64,000 nucleotides of DNA from Podarcis gaigeae. Taxonomy: Eukaryota. The stretch's first letter is position 1; the number at the start of each line of letters is the position of its first letter. This document shows positions 49,167-62,994 of the stretch, one piece after another. The stretch lies in assembly GCA_964106915.2 (NCBI GenBank), contig OZ066920.1. One strand, 5' to 3'. The notes under the pieces were generated by a model, which searched no databases, was not told where the DNA came from, and saw nothing but the letters and a program-made list of their open reading frames with translations. Both the position numbers and the translations under genes were made by a program.

Positions 49167-52100
49167 AAGTAGTGTCTGTGCACATGAGGAGGGATTGTGT
49201 GGTCTAAAAGCAAAGGTGAGGATGTAGAAAACATTCCCTGAAAGGTGGAGGGTTTTGAAAACCACGTTAATGTATTACCACATTGTGGCCTGATTTAAAA
49301 ACCTCCTTGAGGCATTTGGTGAAGAGTAACAGCTAAGCTAGATGGATGACGTTTTCTCATTCAGCAGCAACAACAAAAAGTCTGTCAAGGCCTGAGGTCC
49401 ACCTTCCCATGAGACTGGCTCTCATCTCCGCAATTAAGATATGCTTCAGATGACCTGCTCCAAGTTACATCAGTCAGGGAGGTCAAGACAGCCTCAGAAA
49501 GGATCATGGCCTCTCTGGTAATCAGCCCAGAATTGTTAAATGGCTTTATGAAGGATGTTCACTTTTGCGGGTGTCCTTGAGCACTGCCTGAAAGACTTAA
49601 TTCCATCAGTTCCCAAATGCCTTCTTGGATAAAGTCCTATTGATGCTGCTGGCTTGGGATGTTGTTGTTTTTTGTTATCGAAGTAAGTGTTAGCCTTGTT
49701 GCGGTTTTCATTATGGTTGTGAGCTGCTATGAGTGTAAGATGAAGCAGATATAAATGTTTTAAACAAGTAGTCAAGTAAGATAAGCTTGCTTTTTCTCTA
49801 ATTTTGTAGATTCAAAGTCCACTCTCAACACCCATGTCCACAACATTATAAAGTCATTGTTTAGATAGAGATAGAATGACAGATGATACGATAGATACAG
49901 AAACAATCTTATTTATAAGATTTCTTGCCTGCCCTTCCACCATAAGGTCTCAGGATGGGTTACAACAATATACAATTGTAAAAAGATAAACCCATTACAA
50001 GTATCAAACAAGTAAATTGTTCCAAATGAAACAGAACAGTACAAAATTCAGTATTTACTATTTTACATTTAGTACCCCCATTTGAGTTACCTGTTTTTTA
50101 TTCCTTTTTATGAATAACGACATTTTTTGGAGAGGCAGCTGTTGTTCCTTATATAAAATGTGGGGAAGGAAGCAGAACAGAGCAGAGCTTCTGCCAGCCT
50201 CATCAACATCTCAAAATTCCACCTAGGCAGCCTTCATGCATGCACCCCTTTGTGTGTCTAATGTCTTCTTGCTTCCTCCAATTTCATCTATCCTCCCAGC
50301 CTTGGTCTCAACTTCATGGAAGGGTGGTGGAAGTGGAGAAAATGAACCAGAGCCCAGGGCAGCTATGAGTGACATCCTTTGATCTACAAAGGAAACTAAA
50401 TACACGGGGATACATTCAAACAGTTTGTGCAGAATGGGGTTCTTTTACTCCTTAGAAATAGCAGACTGGATTGTTTCAAAATAACTTAACATTAAAAATG
50501 TAGCAATTTGCCAACAATTTGTGGTTTTAATATAGCTGGTTTAGAAAACAGATTTGTGTGTTTATCCTGAAATTCTCAGCTGTGCTGTACATTTAACGGG
50601 GAAGTTTTGCTCTTGTGAACTCTTGTGATCTTTGAGCAAGAATGAAAACAATCAGTTTGTGCCTTATGTGCTTTATCTGTGGGAGCTATGCAATTAAATG
50701 TGGTGAGAAGGTTGTAGTATAGGGTATGCACTGACATTCTGCTAACCCTTCAGGAGATACCCAACCACGAAAATGAGTTAATAAAGATATATCTTGGAAC
50801 TACAAGTTTGTTTTCTGTCTTTGTGCTGTATCTATATACCCAGCATATATTAAGCAGGAAGATTTCAGGGACACTGAATAAATTGCACTATAGGGGAAGA
50901 ATTTATTTGACAGGGTGATGGATTTAGGCTTGCAAAACTATTTTTAAATTATTAAAACATATGTTGGCTGCTTCACAACTGGGAGGCCCTCTTGCAGATG
51001 TACAAACGTCCAAGCTTGAACGTTTTTCTAAAGCTTTCTGTAAAATGTTCCCATTTAGATCAGCTTTTAGCTGCTCTTGTTAAAACCGATATGGTAATTT
51101 TACTTTTTGAATGCCCTTTATTTTATCTCACTGGGGCTCTTGGTTGTTTGTTTTAAATGTTGTTATTCATCAGCTATCCAGAAGTTCTCAAGATGAGAGA
51201 GGCTAAAAATCTTAACATCAATTACATCATGAGTGCCAGGAGAAACAGCTGCTGTTATAATTCATAATAATTTCAAAACACACAACTGTTTCTCCAGAGC
51301 TCTTCCAATTCCATCAATAAAATCATTTTTCATCATTTCTCTGTAGTACTATTTTATTAGTGTGCATCTTAAATTTCTATAGTCTGTTAAAGAAAGTATA
51401 TTGAGGGCTACAACTTTAAATACTGAAAAGCTAAGGTATATTTATTTAAATTCCAGGTCCCCCCCCCCAAAAAAGGTTCACAATGTTGACTCTATTGGTG
51501 ATACAGTTGCCAGGTCAGAAACTTCTCAGACCTTGATTTCAGGACTGAAATCTGAGACCTAGGGGCCAGGCTCCTGAGATGTCATTAAGCAAAGCACATT
51601 GAGCATTAACCACAGTCACTGAGGGCATGCCATTCAAATAAAAAACAAGGACAACATATGAGTGAATATGGTACTGGTTGTAAATTAAGGAGGACACCTT
51701 AGGTAAAGGGTTTGTTACTATGCTCATTGTGAACTGCTATTGTGAACAGCCAGGGTTAATGGTGCAATCACCAGTTAGTACTATATACATTTAATTTCCT
51801 TCTGATCTCATTATCTACACTCCCTTCTCCAACACGTATGCTATTATACAATGTGTTACTCTTTAAGGTGCCACAAGGCATCCTTCCTTGTTCAGAACAT
51901 ACCCACATACCCATACCTAACAGTGCATAGGAACACATAACATACAACATCACCCATATAGGTCCACCTGTCTGGCATATAAGGCAATTTGGCAGAAGCA
52001 ATCTGGCATGAGTGGGGCCACTAGCACAAAGCAGATTTACATTCCCAGCCTTTGTTTTACACACACACTTTATTCCCCGAGTTCTTTGTGTAAGAAACAG

Positions 52101-54292
52101 GATGTGATGGGATTTCTAGTCCACCAAAGATCCTCTTTTCACACCAAGAATAGGCCTTTTCAAACTTCTGTATTACACTCAAACATAACACTTATGCCCC
52201 AAGCTCTGTGTTTAATTCATGGGGCAGGGAGAGGGGAAGCCAAAAAATACTACTGGGCTAGCAGAGGCCCCTGTTGTGAATCAACATAGCTCTTGTCTCC
52301 AATTCAGGTTTTAGTTTGGAGAGTTTACTCCACAGCCATGACTCCATTCTTTTCCATATCCAGAGTGATTTCTTATGCCCGTTCCTAGGATTACCAGTTG
52401 GTTCCCCCACTTTTAGGGGAGAGCAGAGGGGGGACTGCTCTAGAAGTAGAAGGAAATAACACACCTGAAATGGGATTGGGAACGTCTCAGTCGCATTTAT
52501 TTTCTTCTGTCTCAGAAGCAGCCCTGCCACACTCCACCCACTTCCCCACTCCACTTCAAATAAAAATAATAAAACACCTCCTTTAGACTCTCCAGTCTCC
52601 ATTCCTGTCTCTCAGCACTCCAGTCTCCTTCAATCCATTTTCCTCCTTGTCTCCTCAAGAAGATCAAAAGGCCACCCAGGACGTGCTGCAGGCCATGAAG
52701 ACAGCAGGACTGGGCTCCTCCTTCACATGTTCTGTTTGTATCTGCAGCCCTACACCTTGTGCCAGGGGTGCATGCATACTCCTTGGGTTGCCATATTTCT
52801 AGAAGTAAAATTCAGGATACAGAAATTTTAGGCAATCAGCCTCAAATTCCAGGACATTTTTCCGACTTTCCAAACCCCGTCATAGTCCCATCCTCCTCCT
52901 TTTGAGCCCAGCCCAGTTCTTTTACTTACTCTGCGTTCCCTCCCACCACTCAGTCTTTTAGACAGAGGTTAATGGGGAGAGGAGAAGAGGGCAGATTATG
53001 TTGAAAGTCTATACAATAATTTGCAGTGATGGAGGTTAATTGGTAGATAGATGAAGGGAATAGAGAAGGGCAGGCCCTGCCTGAGTGTCTATGCAATAAT
53101 TTACACCTGGCTCCTGCTGAGCTGAAGCTTGCAAGCTGCATACACAATATTCTTAATAAAAAATAGAAACAGGTAAGGGTGCTTTCTCCACCTGCCACCT
53201 GGAGGGAATAGGCAAACTTGGGAACATGGTGGAAACATGAAAGCAAATTATATGAATAATTCGTATTCTGATTCGAATCCAGTTCCTTTTTGTGCCTATG
53301 TATGGGTGTTTAATATGAAAAAGTCAAGGCTCTTTAAAAACATTGCTTGGTTCAGATAAGTCTGCAGGCTTGCATTTTGTAATATTTGCTATCTGCATCT
53401 TCTCAGATTTTATAAGGTAATTTCTGTTTGCTTATAAGGGTAATTTGACTTTTATTTCTGTTCAAGTAAGTGTGGTAGATTACATATGCATTTCTTCCCC
53501 TTAATTGTTTTTCATTTGTTTGTTTTAAAGAGGTGCTTTCATTTGGTAGTAGTGACCACCAAGTCCATTAAGGCTAGTTTTATGGTTCCATTATCTAACT
53601 CTAGATTGATTGTATAGCATGACTGGTAGCCACAAAACTGCTAGGAATTAAAGGTTGTTGTGCTAGTGCAGATAAACTTCAATAATCAAAATGAGCTCAT
53701 TAGTGAGCTTTCTTTTCTTTTCTTTTTTAAAGCAGCTAATAGCAATTCCAACAGAAATTGTGCATTCTTCCAAATTATTAATCTTGTTAAACCACTCTTG
53801 ATGGCTATTTTTAGATCCTTTAAAGCTCTCGGGGAAAGTGCAATATGGTTTGACATGGAATGTAACATTGCCACAGAGCAATTAAGCAAGCTGAAAGGCA
53901 ATTAGAAACTGTGGTTTGTGGAAAGTTATTGAAGCCTTAATGAAAAATAAGTATAAAATGCTAATAGTAGGAAAAAATACTCTAATCAGAAATCTGTTTG
54001 GACTTCAACTGAAAACACTAAGATAAGAGATTTTATAGGTGAACTCCATTGATTTTAATGGGACTACTCTGAATAAAAAATGTAATAAGAATATTACTTG
54101 TTTGGATATTTGCCCTAAAACATTTTGGAGATTAATTAATAGTAGATGTGCAATGAACATGAATCTTGTCAAAACATGTATTGACAAATACATGGGAAGA
54201 TTGTCACTGTCAATCCCCCAAATAGCTAGGATAGTAAAGAAATACTGATCTTAATTCTGCAGTTTATGGTTAATACTGTCCACAATCTAGCC

Positions 54293-54665
54293 CAGGGGTC
54301 GGCAAGGTTTACCGGGAATGGGCCGGATCACTCCCACGGAGATCGTCCGTCGGCCAGACTGGCGCAGCGTGATGCCGGAAATTGTATCTGTGCATGTCTG
54401 CGGCACAGGAAATCGCTTCTGTGCAAGCCCAGATGCTGAAAATCGCACCTACGCAGAAGCGATTTTCGGCGTCTGGACATGCACAGATGCGATTTCTGGT
54501 ATCTGCACATGTGCAGACACAAGTTCCAGCACCGCTTAGCGACTCCCCGCACCACACTGTGCTGGTTTAGCGCAGCATGTGGGGGACTCACCCAGCAGGC
54601 AGCTCAGTTCATGGGCGGCTCATGGGCCCGCATCCAGCCCATGGGCCACACCTTGCCGACCCCTG
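54293..54665. mobile_element. hAT (Charlie-like) non-autonomous element with a long internal palindrome
   Basis: Perfect 16-bp TIR CAGGGGTCGGCAAGGT. Perfect 8-bp TSD ATCTAGCC at 54285-54292 and 54666-54673. Confidence 0.93.
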
Positions 54666-56267
54666 ATCTAGCCCCAGGAGAAGATGGGATCTAAATTGAA
54701 TTATTCAAAAACAACATTCAATGACTGGTTCCTGCGAACTGCTTTCTGTGAATTATTCTGGATGCATACCAGATATTGTTCTTAATTTCAAGAAAGGTAA
54801 AAGAAACAGTCCAGCAACCATAATCCATAAATGGCTGAAATGAGATCTTTGCCAAGGTTTATGCCAAGCATAGGAGCCATTTCCCAAGGGTCGAAGTCGC
54901 TTCTCCCCGCCCCCTAAAATATTTGAGGGGGCTGGGCCTGTACTGTGTACCCTTAAGTAACCCCAGAAAAAAGCACTGCTACAAATAGTTGAGGCTGAAT
55001 TATATCTGCAGATCCTTTTGTGACGGTGAAATTTGGTGGTTTCTGACACCATATTTAGGAATTGCACTGATTGCCGCGTGCTTGAAGGTACAATGTAATT
55101 TCAGCAACCAAGTTTAGAGAAACTGTTCGCTCAAGATCTGCTCACATGGGGGCAATACCTGTAATTGCCACACATAAAGCAGTACTTTAAAAATAGAACT
55201 GAAAAGTCTTGCCGAAGACCAATTTATTAGAATTTCATCACAGCTAAATATCAGTATAACTAGGGATCACTCCTATTTGCTCTTGCACACTTGGGAGGAA
55301 AATAAATTAAAGGTTCACAAACAGAAGTACAAAAACAACATCCTAGAGTGGAAAAGGGTAGCAGAGTAATTGAGGAGAGTGGGTGAGGGGAAGGATAAAA
55401 TGATGCAGCACAAATACTATATTCTGTTGAGAACTGCCCTCTGGCATAGATGGGAAGGTGAAGAATGCCCTAGGAAAAATTAGATGAAAAGGATTGTGTG
55501 GACAGTTGTGTTCATATGAGGCAGGGGAGGGGGGGATAATAAACAGCATAAAGCCCCCACCTGGAAGCATCCTAAATTAGTTCACAATCTCCTTCATCAG
55601 AATAAGTCCAAATGCAGACCTCAAGGTTTGGAGATCCAGCCTATTTTCCCCCTCCACCCCATCCTACTTTACAGAACATTTCACTTGATACAGAGGTCTC
55701 GATAACTTGAAACACTATTTTGTGACATTTTGGTTGGACCTGAATGTTTTTTGTTCTTAAAGTAATTCAAGAAAGAAGCAGTCTGTGAAAGTGGATTACC
55801 TCTGTAGAGAACCAAAGGATAATTGTGAAGCTGAAGGCTTTACACATGTATAGCTCATTGAAAGTCCACTCCACAGTCACTGAAATGTAAACACAGGCAC
55901 CAAAGAGTAATAGATACTTAATCCATAGCAATGTTTGTATTTCTAATGAGGTGTGACATATTTCTTGATACAGGAGGGTGGGAGGCAAATTGTATTTACA
56001 TGAGGATGTCTTTAATGGACCCATGATGTCTCTTTTTTAGAAAAAGAAAAAAGAAAAGCAGTTTCTGAAGGGAAAGGGAATAACTCTTCTCCTGTAAAAC
56101 ATTGCCACAAGCAGCTTCTCCCCATGGAAGGTTCAAAATTTGCATTTTGAATCCTGTATGGTGGGGGACTGAGGGATATTTTGAGAAGAAAAACACCCAA
56201 AATAACCCCCCTCCTCATTGCTTTAAAAATAGTGTTGGGATGTGTTTCTGTGCTTCTGAATATAATA

Positions 56268-56492
56268 CAGTGGTACCTCTAGTTATGAATTTAATTCGTT
56301 CTGGAGGTCCGTTCTTAACCTGAAACTGTTCTTAAATAGAGGCGTGCTTTCGCTAATGGGGCCTCTTGCTGCCACTGCACAGCTGTCACACGATTTCCGT
56401 TCTCATCCTGGGGCAAAGTTCTCAACTCGAAGTAACTCTTCCAGGTTAGCAGAGTTTGTAACCTGAAGCATTTGTAACTCGAGGTACCACTG
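56268..56492. mobile_element. Tc1/mariner (Tigger-like) MITE, family A
   Basis: CAGTGGTACCTC / GAGGTACCACTG with TA TSDs. Confidence 0.92.
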
Positions 56493-56690
56493 TATGCAGT
56501 TAATTGTGCTGAATTCTACAGCAATTTGAGCATGTTTTCTGTCCCCTCGTTACTCCCCTACAAGATCAATGTTGCACTAGAAGAGTTAGGTCTAATTTGT
56601 TTGTGTTGTCTGCAATGCAACATTATCGGGTGCTAAGGAGAACTTGCAGAGCCATGAGGAATCAACTTGGTCAGAAATAATACTTTAGCC

Positions 56691-56876
56691 CAGTGGTTCC
56701 CAAGTGATGGTCCGTGGACCCCAGGGGGTCCACATAACCCATCCAGGGGGTCTGTGCCACCACTCACGTAACAAAAACTACCATATATCTATCAAATTTT
56801 TCAAAAGTAGGGAGTCCATGGCTTGGCTTTTGAAAAATGGGGGGTTTTGCAGTACTTAGCTAATTGGGAACCACTG
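56691..56876. mobile_element. hAT (Charlie-like) MITE
   Basis: 13-bp TIR CAGTGGTTCCCAA. Perfect 8-bp TSD CTTTAGCC at 56683-56690 and 56877-56884. Confidence 0.92.
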
Positions 56877-58645
56877 CTTTAGCCTTCTGCAAAGGCAGAA
56901 GGTAGTTTCACAACCGAAAGATGTGTAACAGAACACATGTATTAGATAAATGTGTGCATTAAAATGCATATGAAAATAGCATTCAACCGCATTTTGTTAG
57001 GAGAAATTGCTTCCTAAGATGTGCATATTAGGCAGGATTGCTTGCAAGCATGTGTGCGCACTATTTTTTTTAAAAATAAACAGATTGAGAAATGTGACGA
57101 ACTGATTTTAAAACTGGAAGAATGAGAAACTGAGGGGAACCAAAACTGATTTGTCCATCCCTAGCTGTGAGGTAGGTTATGCCAGGAGATAGTGATTGGG
57201 TCCAGGGCCATCCGGTGAGTTTTATGGCGGCGAGACTTTGAATACAAGGCTGAAGAGTTATCTACAGAGCAGATTTTGGGGGCAAAGTGGAAGAAGAGAG
57301 AATGGGGAAGCTATATTGCACAGCTAAAAGTCATTGCTCTAATGTAACTATTTAGTTGGATACCACCCTAAAGTTCCCACTAGTTCCCACTTAACTATAG
57401 AGGGAACTAAGTGAACAGTTTGCCTAACCTTGCACCAATAAAAGTTAGTCCACTGAAATATATTTCTTTACCCATTTTGTAATTCATAATGCAGCAGCAG
57501 CAGCTACACCTAAGCATTTGTTTTGAATTATGTAACTTGCTGTGAACTTCCTTTGCCAAAAATGAGAAGAAAGTCTTAAGAGCTTGCTTAGATATCACTT
57601 TTCACTAATTTAGCCACATTTATTCAGAACATCAAAAAGGAAACGATAAAGTTCTTTTCCTTTATTCATAAAGGCCAGGAAAACATTTTTCAGACATACT
57701 AATGTTTGATGGAGAGTGATGCTTATCCTTTTAAATTGAACTCATACTAAGAAGCAGCTAAATAAAAAGCTCAGTTCTCATTTTTTGGCAACTTTTTAAT
57801 GGATTGTTAAATAAATGCTTCTTTTTTATTGTAGAAAATAATGGAATTTTTGCCCTTTCACATCAGAAGTTGAAAGAAGCTCTTGGATTGTGACACAGAG
57901 GCCATTCTTTATGATTAGGGCATAAGATACTAATACATTTTCTTCTTTTTAATGAGTTTGCGTTTATAACAGTTGCTTCAGGCCACAGTAATTTCAAACT
58001 CTTAATGGCCTTCAAAGGAGACTTGAATACTTTCATATCGCTAAAGGCCTGTGTAAGCTGTCCAATATATTGATTTCAAAATAATCTAAGAGAATAAGGT
58101 TTGTAAGATAAAAGTCTGTTCTTTCACAACTTCAAGCAATGTCTACATCAATGTTTTATACAGAGACTAATTAGGAAAACAACACCATATAATCATAGCC
58201 AAGGCTGTTTTTTAGAGGTCAGTAGTTTGAGGGGGAAATATAATATGTAACCAGAAGCCATAAAACATATATCTTTTTATAAAAAATATTTCAAAATTAT
58301 TTAGTGTACTTAAACATATCCCACCTAGCCATTGTAGTGCCTGTCCACTGATGGAAGGGAATTCTGATGGAATGAAATAGGGAGGGGGACAGTTTTCAGT
58401 TATCCTATTTTGTATCTGATCCAGAGGGTTAGGGGACGCCACCCCTGGAGCTGATTCAAATATGGGAGGTGTTGTGCAGAGGGTGCAGAAGAGAGTCATC
58501 AAAAGTTGCATTGCTCTGCGTTCTATTGATCGATTCTTTTCCATCAGCAGACAGTCACCACTGGATTATCACTCATTAATTTAGAATGCTGCATGTTCTG
58601 ACCTCAGCAAACCACTTAGCGTTTTCCTAAGAAGAGAGTCCAGCC

Positions 58646-59286
58646 CATCGGTAGGCAAACTAGGGCCTGGGGGATAGATCCGGCCCAATCGCCTTCTAAA
58701 TCCGGCCCACGGATAGTCCAGGAATCAGCGTGTTTTTACATGAGTAGAATGTGTGATTTTATTTAAAATGCATCTCTGGGTTATTTGTGGGGCATAAAGG
58801 TAAAGTAAAGGTAAAGGTACCCCTGCCTGTACGGGCCAGTCTTGACAGACTCTAGGGTTGTGCGCTCATCTCACTCTAGAGGCTGGGAGCCAGCGCTGTC
58901 TGCAGACACTTCTGGGTCACTTGGCCAGCGTGACGAAGCTGCTCCAGCGAACCGGCACCAGAGCAGCACACGGAAACGCCGTTTACCTTCCCGCTATAAA
59001 GCGGTACCTATTTATCTACTTGCACTTAAGGGTGCTTTCGAACTGCTAGGTGGGCAGGAGCTGGGACCGAACAACGGGAGCTCACCCCGCCACGGGGATT
59101 CGAACCGCCAACCATGCGATTGGCAAGTCCTAGGCACTGAGGTTTTACCCACAGCGCCACCCGTGTAATTTGTGGGGCATAGGAATTCGTTAATTCCCCC
59201 CCCCCCAAAAAAAATATAGTCCGGTCCCCCACAAGGTCTGAGGGACAGTGGACCGGCCCCCTGCTGAAAAAGTTTGCTAACCCCAG
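58646..59286. mobile_element. hAT MITE related to OposCharlie1 (OC1), interrupted by a Sauria SINE
   Basis: 5' end GGTAGGCAAACTAGGGCC. The 3' end AGGAATTCGTT...TATAGTCCGG...GGTCTGAGGGACAGTGGACCGGCCCCCTGCTGAAAAAGTTTGCT resembles the OC1 terminus. Confidence 0.75.
58797..59167 (-). mobile_element. Sauria SINE nested in the hAT MITE
   Basis: Perfect 14-bp TSD ATTTGTGGGGCATA at 58783-58796 and 59168-59181. Same subfamily as 2749-3108. Confidence 0.95.
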
Positions 59287-59653
59287 CCACACATGATGTG
59301 TCCCCTAGAAGCTAGTAAACTAGAGTGTATATAATGTGACACGACCTACCCTGCAATCATATAGCTCCTTTAGATTCACACTTTCTCAAGTCCACCATTC
59401 TGCCAAAGCAGCCAGGTCATGTAGCACTTGCCACTTCTGAATCACAGGGACTGAATCTCTGAGACCTCCTTTTGAATTCTGCTGCCTTGACAGGAAAGGC
59501 CAGGGAGTCTGCTTTGTAAATAACACCTTGATTGCCCCATCTTTTTGCTCCCAAATGGTGTTAACAAATGCTCTCCTGCTTAAGATTTGCCAGTTAACCT
59601 GTCAATCAAAGCAACCTGGCTGAACCTTGGTCCCCAGAACTGATAATCTAACA

Positions 59654-59789
59654 CAGGCAAAGGCAACCTTTGGCCCTCCAGATGTTTTGGCCTACAATTC
59701 CCATGCTCCCTAGCTAACAAGACCAGTGGTCAGGGATGATGGGAATTGTAGTCCAAAACATCTGGAGGGCAAAAGGTTGCCTATGCCTG
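59654..59789. mobile_element. hAT palindromic MITE
   Basis: CAGGCA.AGGCAACCTTT / AAAGGTTGCCT.TGCCTG. Perfect 8-bp TSD ATCTAACA at 59646-59653 and 59790-59797. Confidence 0.93.
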
Positions 59790-60401
59790 ATCTAACAGTT
59801 GATATCCAACAGTCTTGCATTGGTTAGCTAACTCTTTAAAAAGTGCACACACATTAAAGTACCATTCTGCTTTTTTTATGTCTCTTGGTCCTGGAATACT
59901 TGGTTTTCAGATTTAGTTTTAACTCGAAATACTAGGGAATACCTTCAGCAACAGGAAAGGGCCTTTGCTGAAACTCTGGAGAGCTGCTGCCAAAGTTTGG
60001 GGCAGATAGACCAGTGGTCCAAACCATTATAAAGTGGCTTTTTATCTCTGTAATTAATTTATTTAGACCATATGTTCACTAGCCAATCAATAAAAGTCCT
60101 CTGGGCAGTTCACACAGTTCAAACAATTAAAACATTAAAATACATAATTGGAACATTTACATTAATCAATCCATTTCCTGCCTAAGGACCAGAACAAGGA
60201 GCATTGAAACCACAGCATAAATAATGTATTTCAAGGGCAAACATTCTAAAAGGTCTAAGACTTTGCAAAGTCCTCACCAGGTGTGGGAAAGTTCTGGAGT
60301 GTCTCACTGGGGAGGGCATTCTACCCTTCTTGTTAATAACCACACACCTGGTGGCAATACCAAGGGGTGGGAATCAGGTAGGGCACAGAAAGAGCAAAAT
60401 A

Positions 60402-60717
60402 CAGTGGTAGCTCGGGTTACAGACACTTCAGGTTACAGACGCTTCAGGTTACAGACTCCGCTAACCCAGAAATAGTATCTCAGGTTAAGAACTTTGCTTC
60501 AGGATGAGAACAGAAATTGCGCGGCGGTGGCGTGGCAGCAGCGGGAGGCCCCATTAGCTAGTGGTACCTCAGGTTAAGAACAGTTTCAGGTTAAGAATGG
60601 ACCTCCAGAACAAATTAAGTTCTTAACCCGACGTACCACTGGCATGCTCTGGTCCATGGGGTCACGAAGAGTCGGACATGACTAAACGACTAAACAACAA
60701 CAACACCACCACCACTG
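60402..60717. mobile_element. Tigger-like MITE (family A) with a Bov-B tail inserted in its right TIR
   Basis: MITE body 60402-60641. The terminal ACCACTG is duplicated at 60635-60641 and 60711-60717, the latter followed by TA. Confidence 0.88.
60642..60710 (+). mobile_element. Bov-B extreme 3' end (~70 nt)
   Basis: GCATGCTCTGGTCCATGGGGTCACGAAGAGTCGGACATGACTAAACGACTAAACAACAACAAC matches the 3' end of 13092-13578. Confidence 0.9.
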
Positions 60718-62994
60718 TATATTTATAGGTTGGTGAGAAAGAAAAGTAGCCTATGTTAATGGCAAGAGTTCAGAAATAGGAGGGGGCAAGGGGGTGCTTC
60801 CCCCCCCCCAGCACCCACCTCACTTCTCTAGGCAGAAGAGCCTGGAGAAGGTCCTTCAGTCACGATCTCAAGGTTTGAGCAGGTATATAAAGCCAATAGA
60901 TAATCTGTGTAAGGCAGCTAGATTATTTCACAATTCAGAAGCAATTTGGTGGATTCAGCTCCTGAGGCAATAAGGGTTAAGAGAAGCATTGCTTACAGCT
61001 CTGTATCAAACTGCATTATGAGGGAGCATAATATTCAACTCGGATAGCTTTGGATATAATTCCTGTTCCTGAAGCCTTTCAGCTCTGTGTTCTTATGAGC
61101 TGGCACCAAGGAACATGGGGGAGGGGGAAAATCAAAGCATGATTAGGATGTGTATTTTGCTTAGAAATAACTGGTTTTTTTCCCTTTTGTGAATTTACTT
61201 CCAGGCCTGTGTGTGCCTATTGTTAAGACCTGAGTCCTAATAACGGCAATATGGCAACTTTTGTTTTAAATGAAGAGGGAAATGTCACTGACAAAAGGCA
61301 AATCCTATAGGCATTGGGTTTTGTGTTTGTTTGTTTGCTCATCAATAACTCTGTGTTAAAGAGCAAACTATGACAAATGAAAACAAATACCAGTACATTA
61401 TTGATACTGTCGTGGAAATGCTTCTTAGGCAACGGCAGTTACCAAAACAGTATTACGGAAAGCACTAAAATTAAAATCTAATGAAGTCTCAGCTCAAATT
61501 TTAAAACATCCTATGACATGCTCTGTTGGGGTGGTAGCCGACTAACTCGTAATCATTGAAATCAATGGGCTTTATTATTGTGTTCAACTGACTGTTACTT
61601 AGGTCTGTTAATTTCAGTGAGCGAACCCTCAGAACAGCACACAAAGGGAGGGGAATCATTTCATCTGGCATAGCACAACTTTGAATTCCACCCAAAGGGT
61701 CTACTTTGAGTAAAAGTTAGTTGACTTACTATATGTATATTTGTAAGTAGTCTTGTGCTGATACTTAAATGCTTTTAGATTTATGCTAGTAAGAGATGGC
61801 CCTGTATGGTTATGACAACAGAGGTGTAGCTTTGCTAATGGTTTAGAAAAGCAGTATCAGCATTTTGGCCTTTCCCTAATGGAGGGCAAAACTGTGGCTC
61901 AGCTGAATCAGTTTAAAAGCCATTTTTCAAAAACCAGGGGTTTCTGCTAATGCATTCTCTCCCTTTTTTGATAGTTGGCAGAGGGGATTTATGCTGTTTT
62001 AATTCAGTGGTGCTTCAAACAGAGGAGATATGATCAGCTGATATGCATGGGTCATATTAACACTTCACTTACTGGGAACGTTGAATGAAAAAACGGGATC
62101 AGCTCTCGGTGAGACGCAGCTGGAATATATATATAAATAAGAGGCTGAAGGGAGGAGGAAGTTGGATACAGAGCTGTAAATGGATGGGGGACCCAAGCAG
62201 TGAAGGGTGCTCATTCATGGGAGACGTTTATGAGGTCATAAATTATGTCTTGGGCTATTACTGAGTATGTTTGTTTGATGGTCCTAATATAGTGGTGGTG
62301 TTTGGAAGCTCCTGTATTGATTTAGTTTAGCCCATTAAAAAAAAGGCCTTTTATTTCCTGGCTTCTTCTCCACAGCTTCAGAATTAGTATGGCTTGAAAA
62401 GCACACAAAATAACTAGGAAGAGGCATGCATGGGCTCTGGTGCTTCCCATCTGCCACTGCTTTCCCCCCTCTACCCCAATTCTTATTTTGCTCTGCCTGG
62501 CCCTTTTACTCTCTCTACATTTTCTCCTCCAACTTCTACCATTTGCCATTGTAAGAGGAGGAGGAGGAGGAGGAGGAAGAATGAGTGTCCTGTACATGAG
62601 AGGTCTATTCTTCTCCCCCACAGCCTTGCTTGTAACCAACAGCTTGCAAAGTCAGGTCTCTTGTAATAGTAAGGGTGCCAAAGAAAAACAAGTGGCCTTT
62701 TTAGCTCCTTAGGTTGACCGAGTCTTGCTAAAAAGAAACTTGACAGAACCAGCATGTTGCAGAATTCTATATTTGGAGTTCTATATTTTTAATAACTTAG
62801 GTTCTAATCCAATTTACTACCCTTATTTGCATGGGAAATGGGTGGTGGTGGTTTTCTTCTTAAATGTGGTACCTGAAATTGTCCTAACAGTTTAAAGTTG
62901 AGGGGGTTGTTTACCATGGCAGCTAGTAGTATTTTTATTTTATTTTATTCAAATGCATGTATTAGTGAAAACAACATACACAAATGCATTATAT

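Noticed and set aside
53407-53416. 10-nt micro-exon-like TTCTCAG|ATTTTATAAG|GTAATT
   Set aside because: Such matches are frequent by chance in T-rich introns. It is frame-shifting and has no other support.
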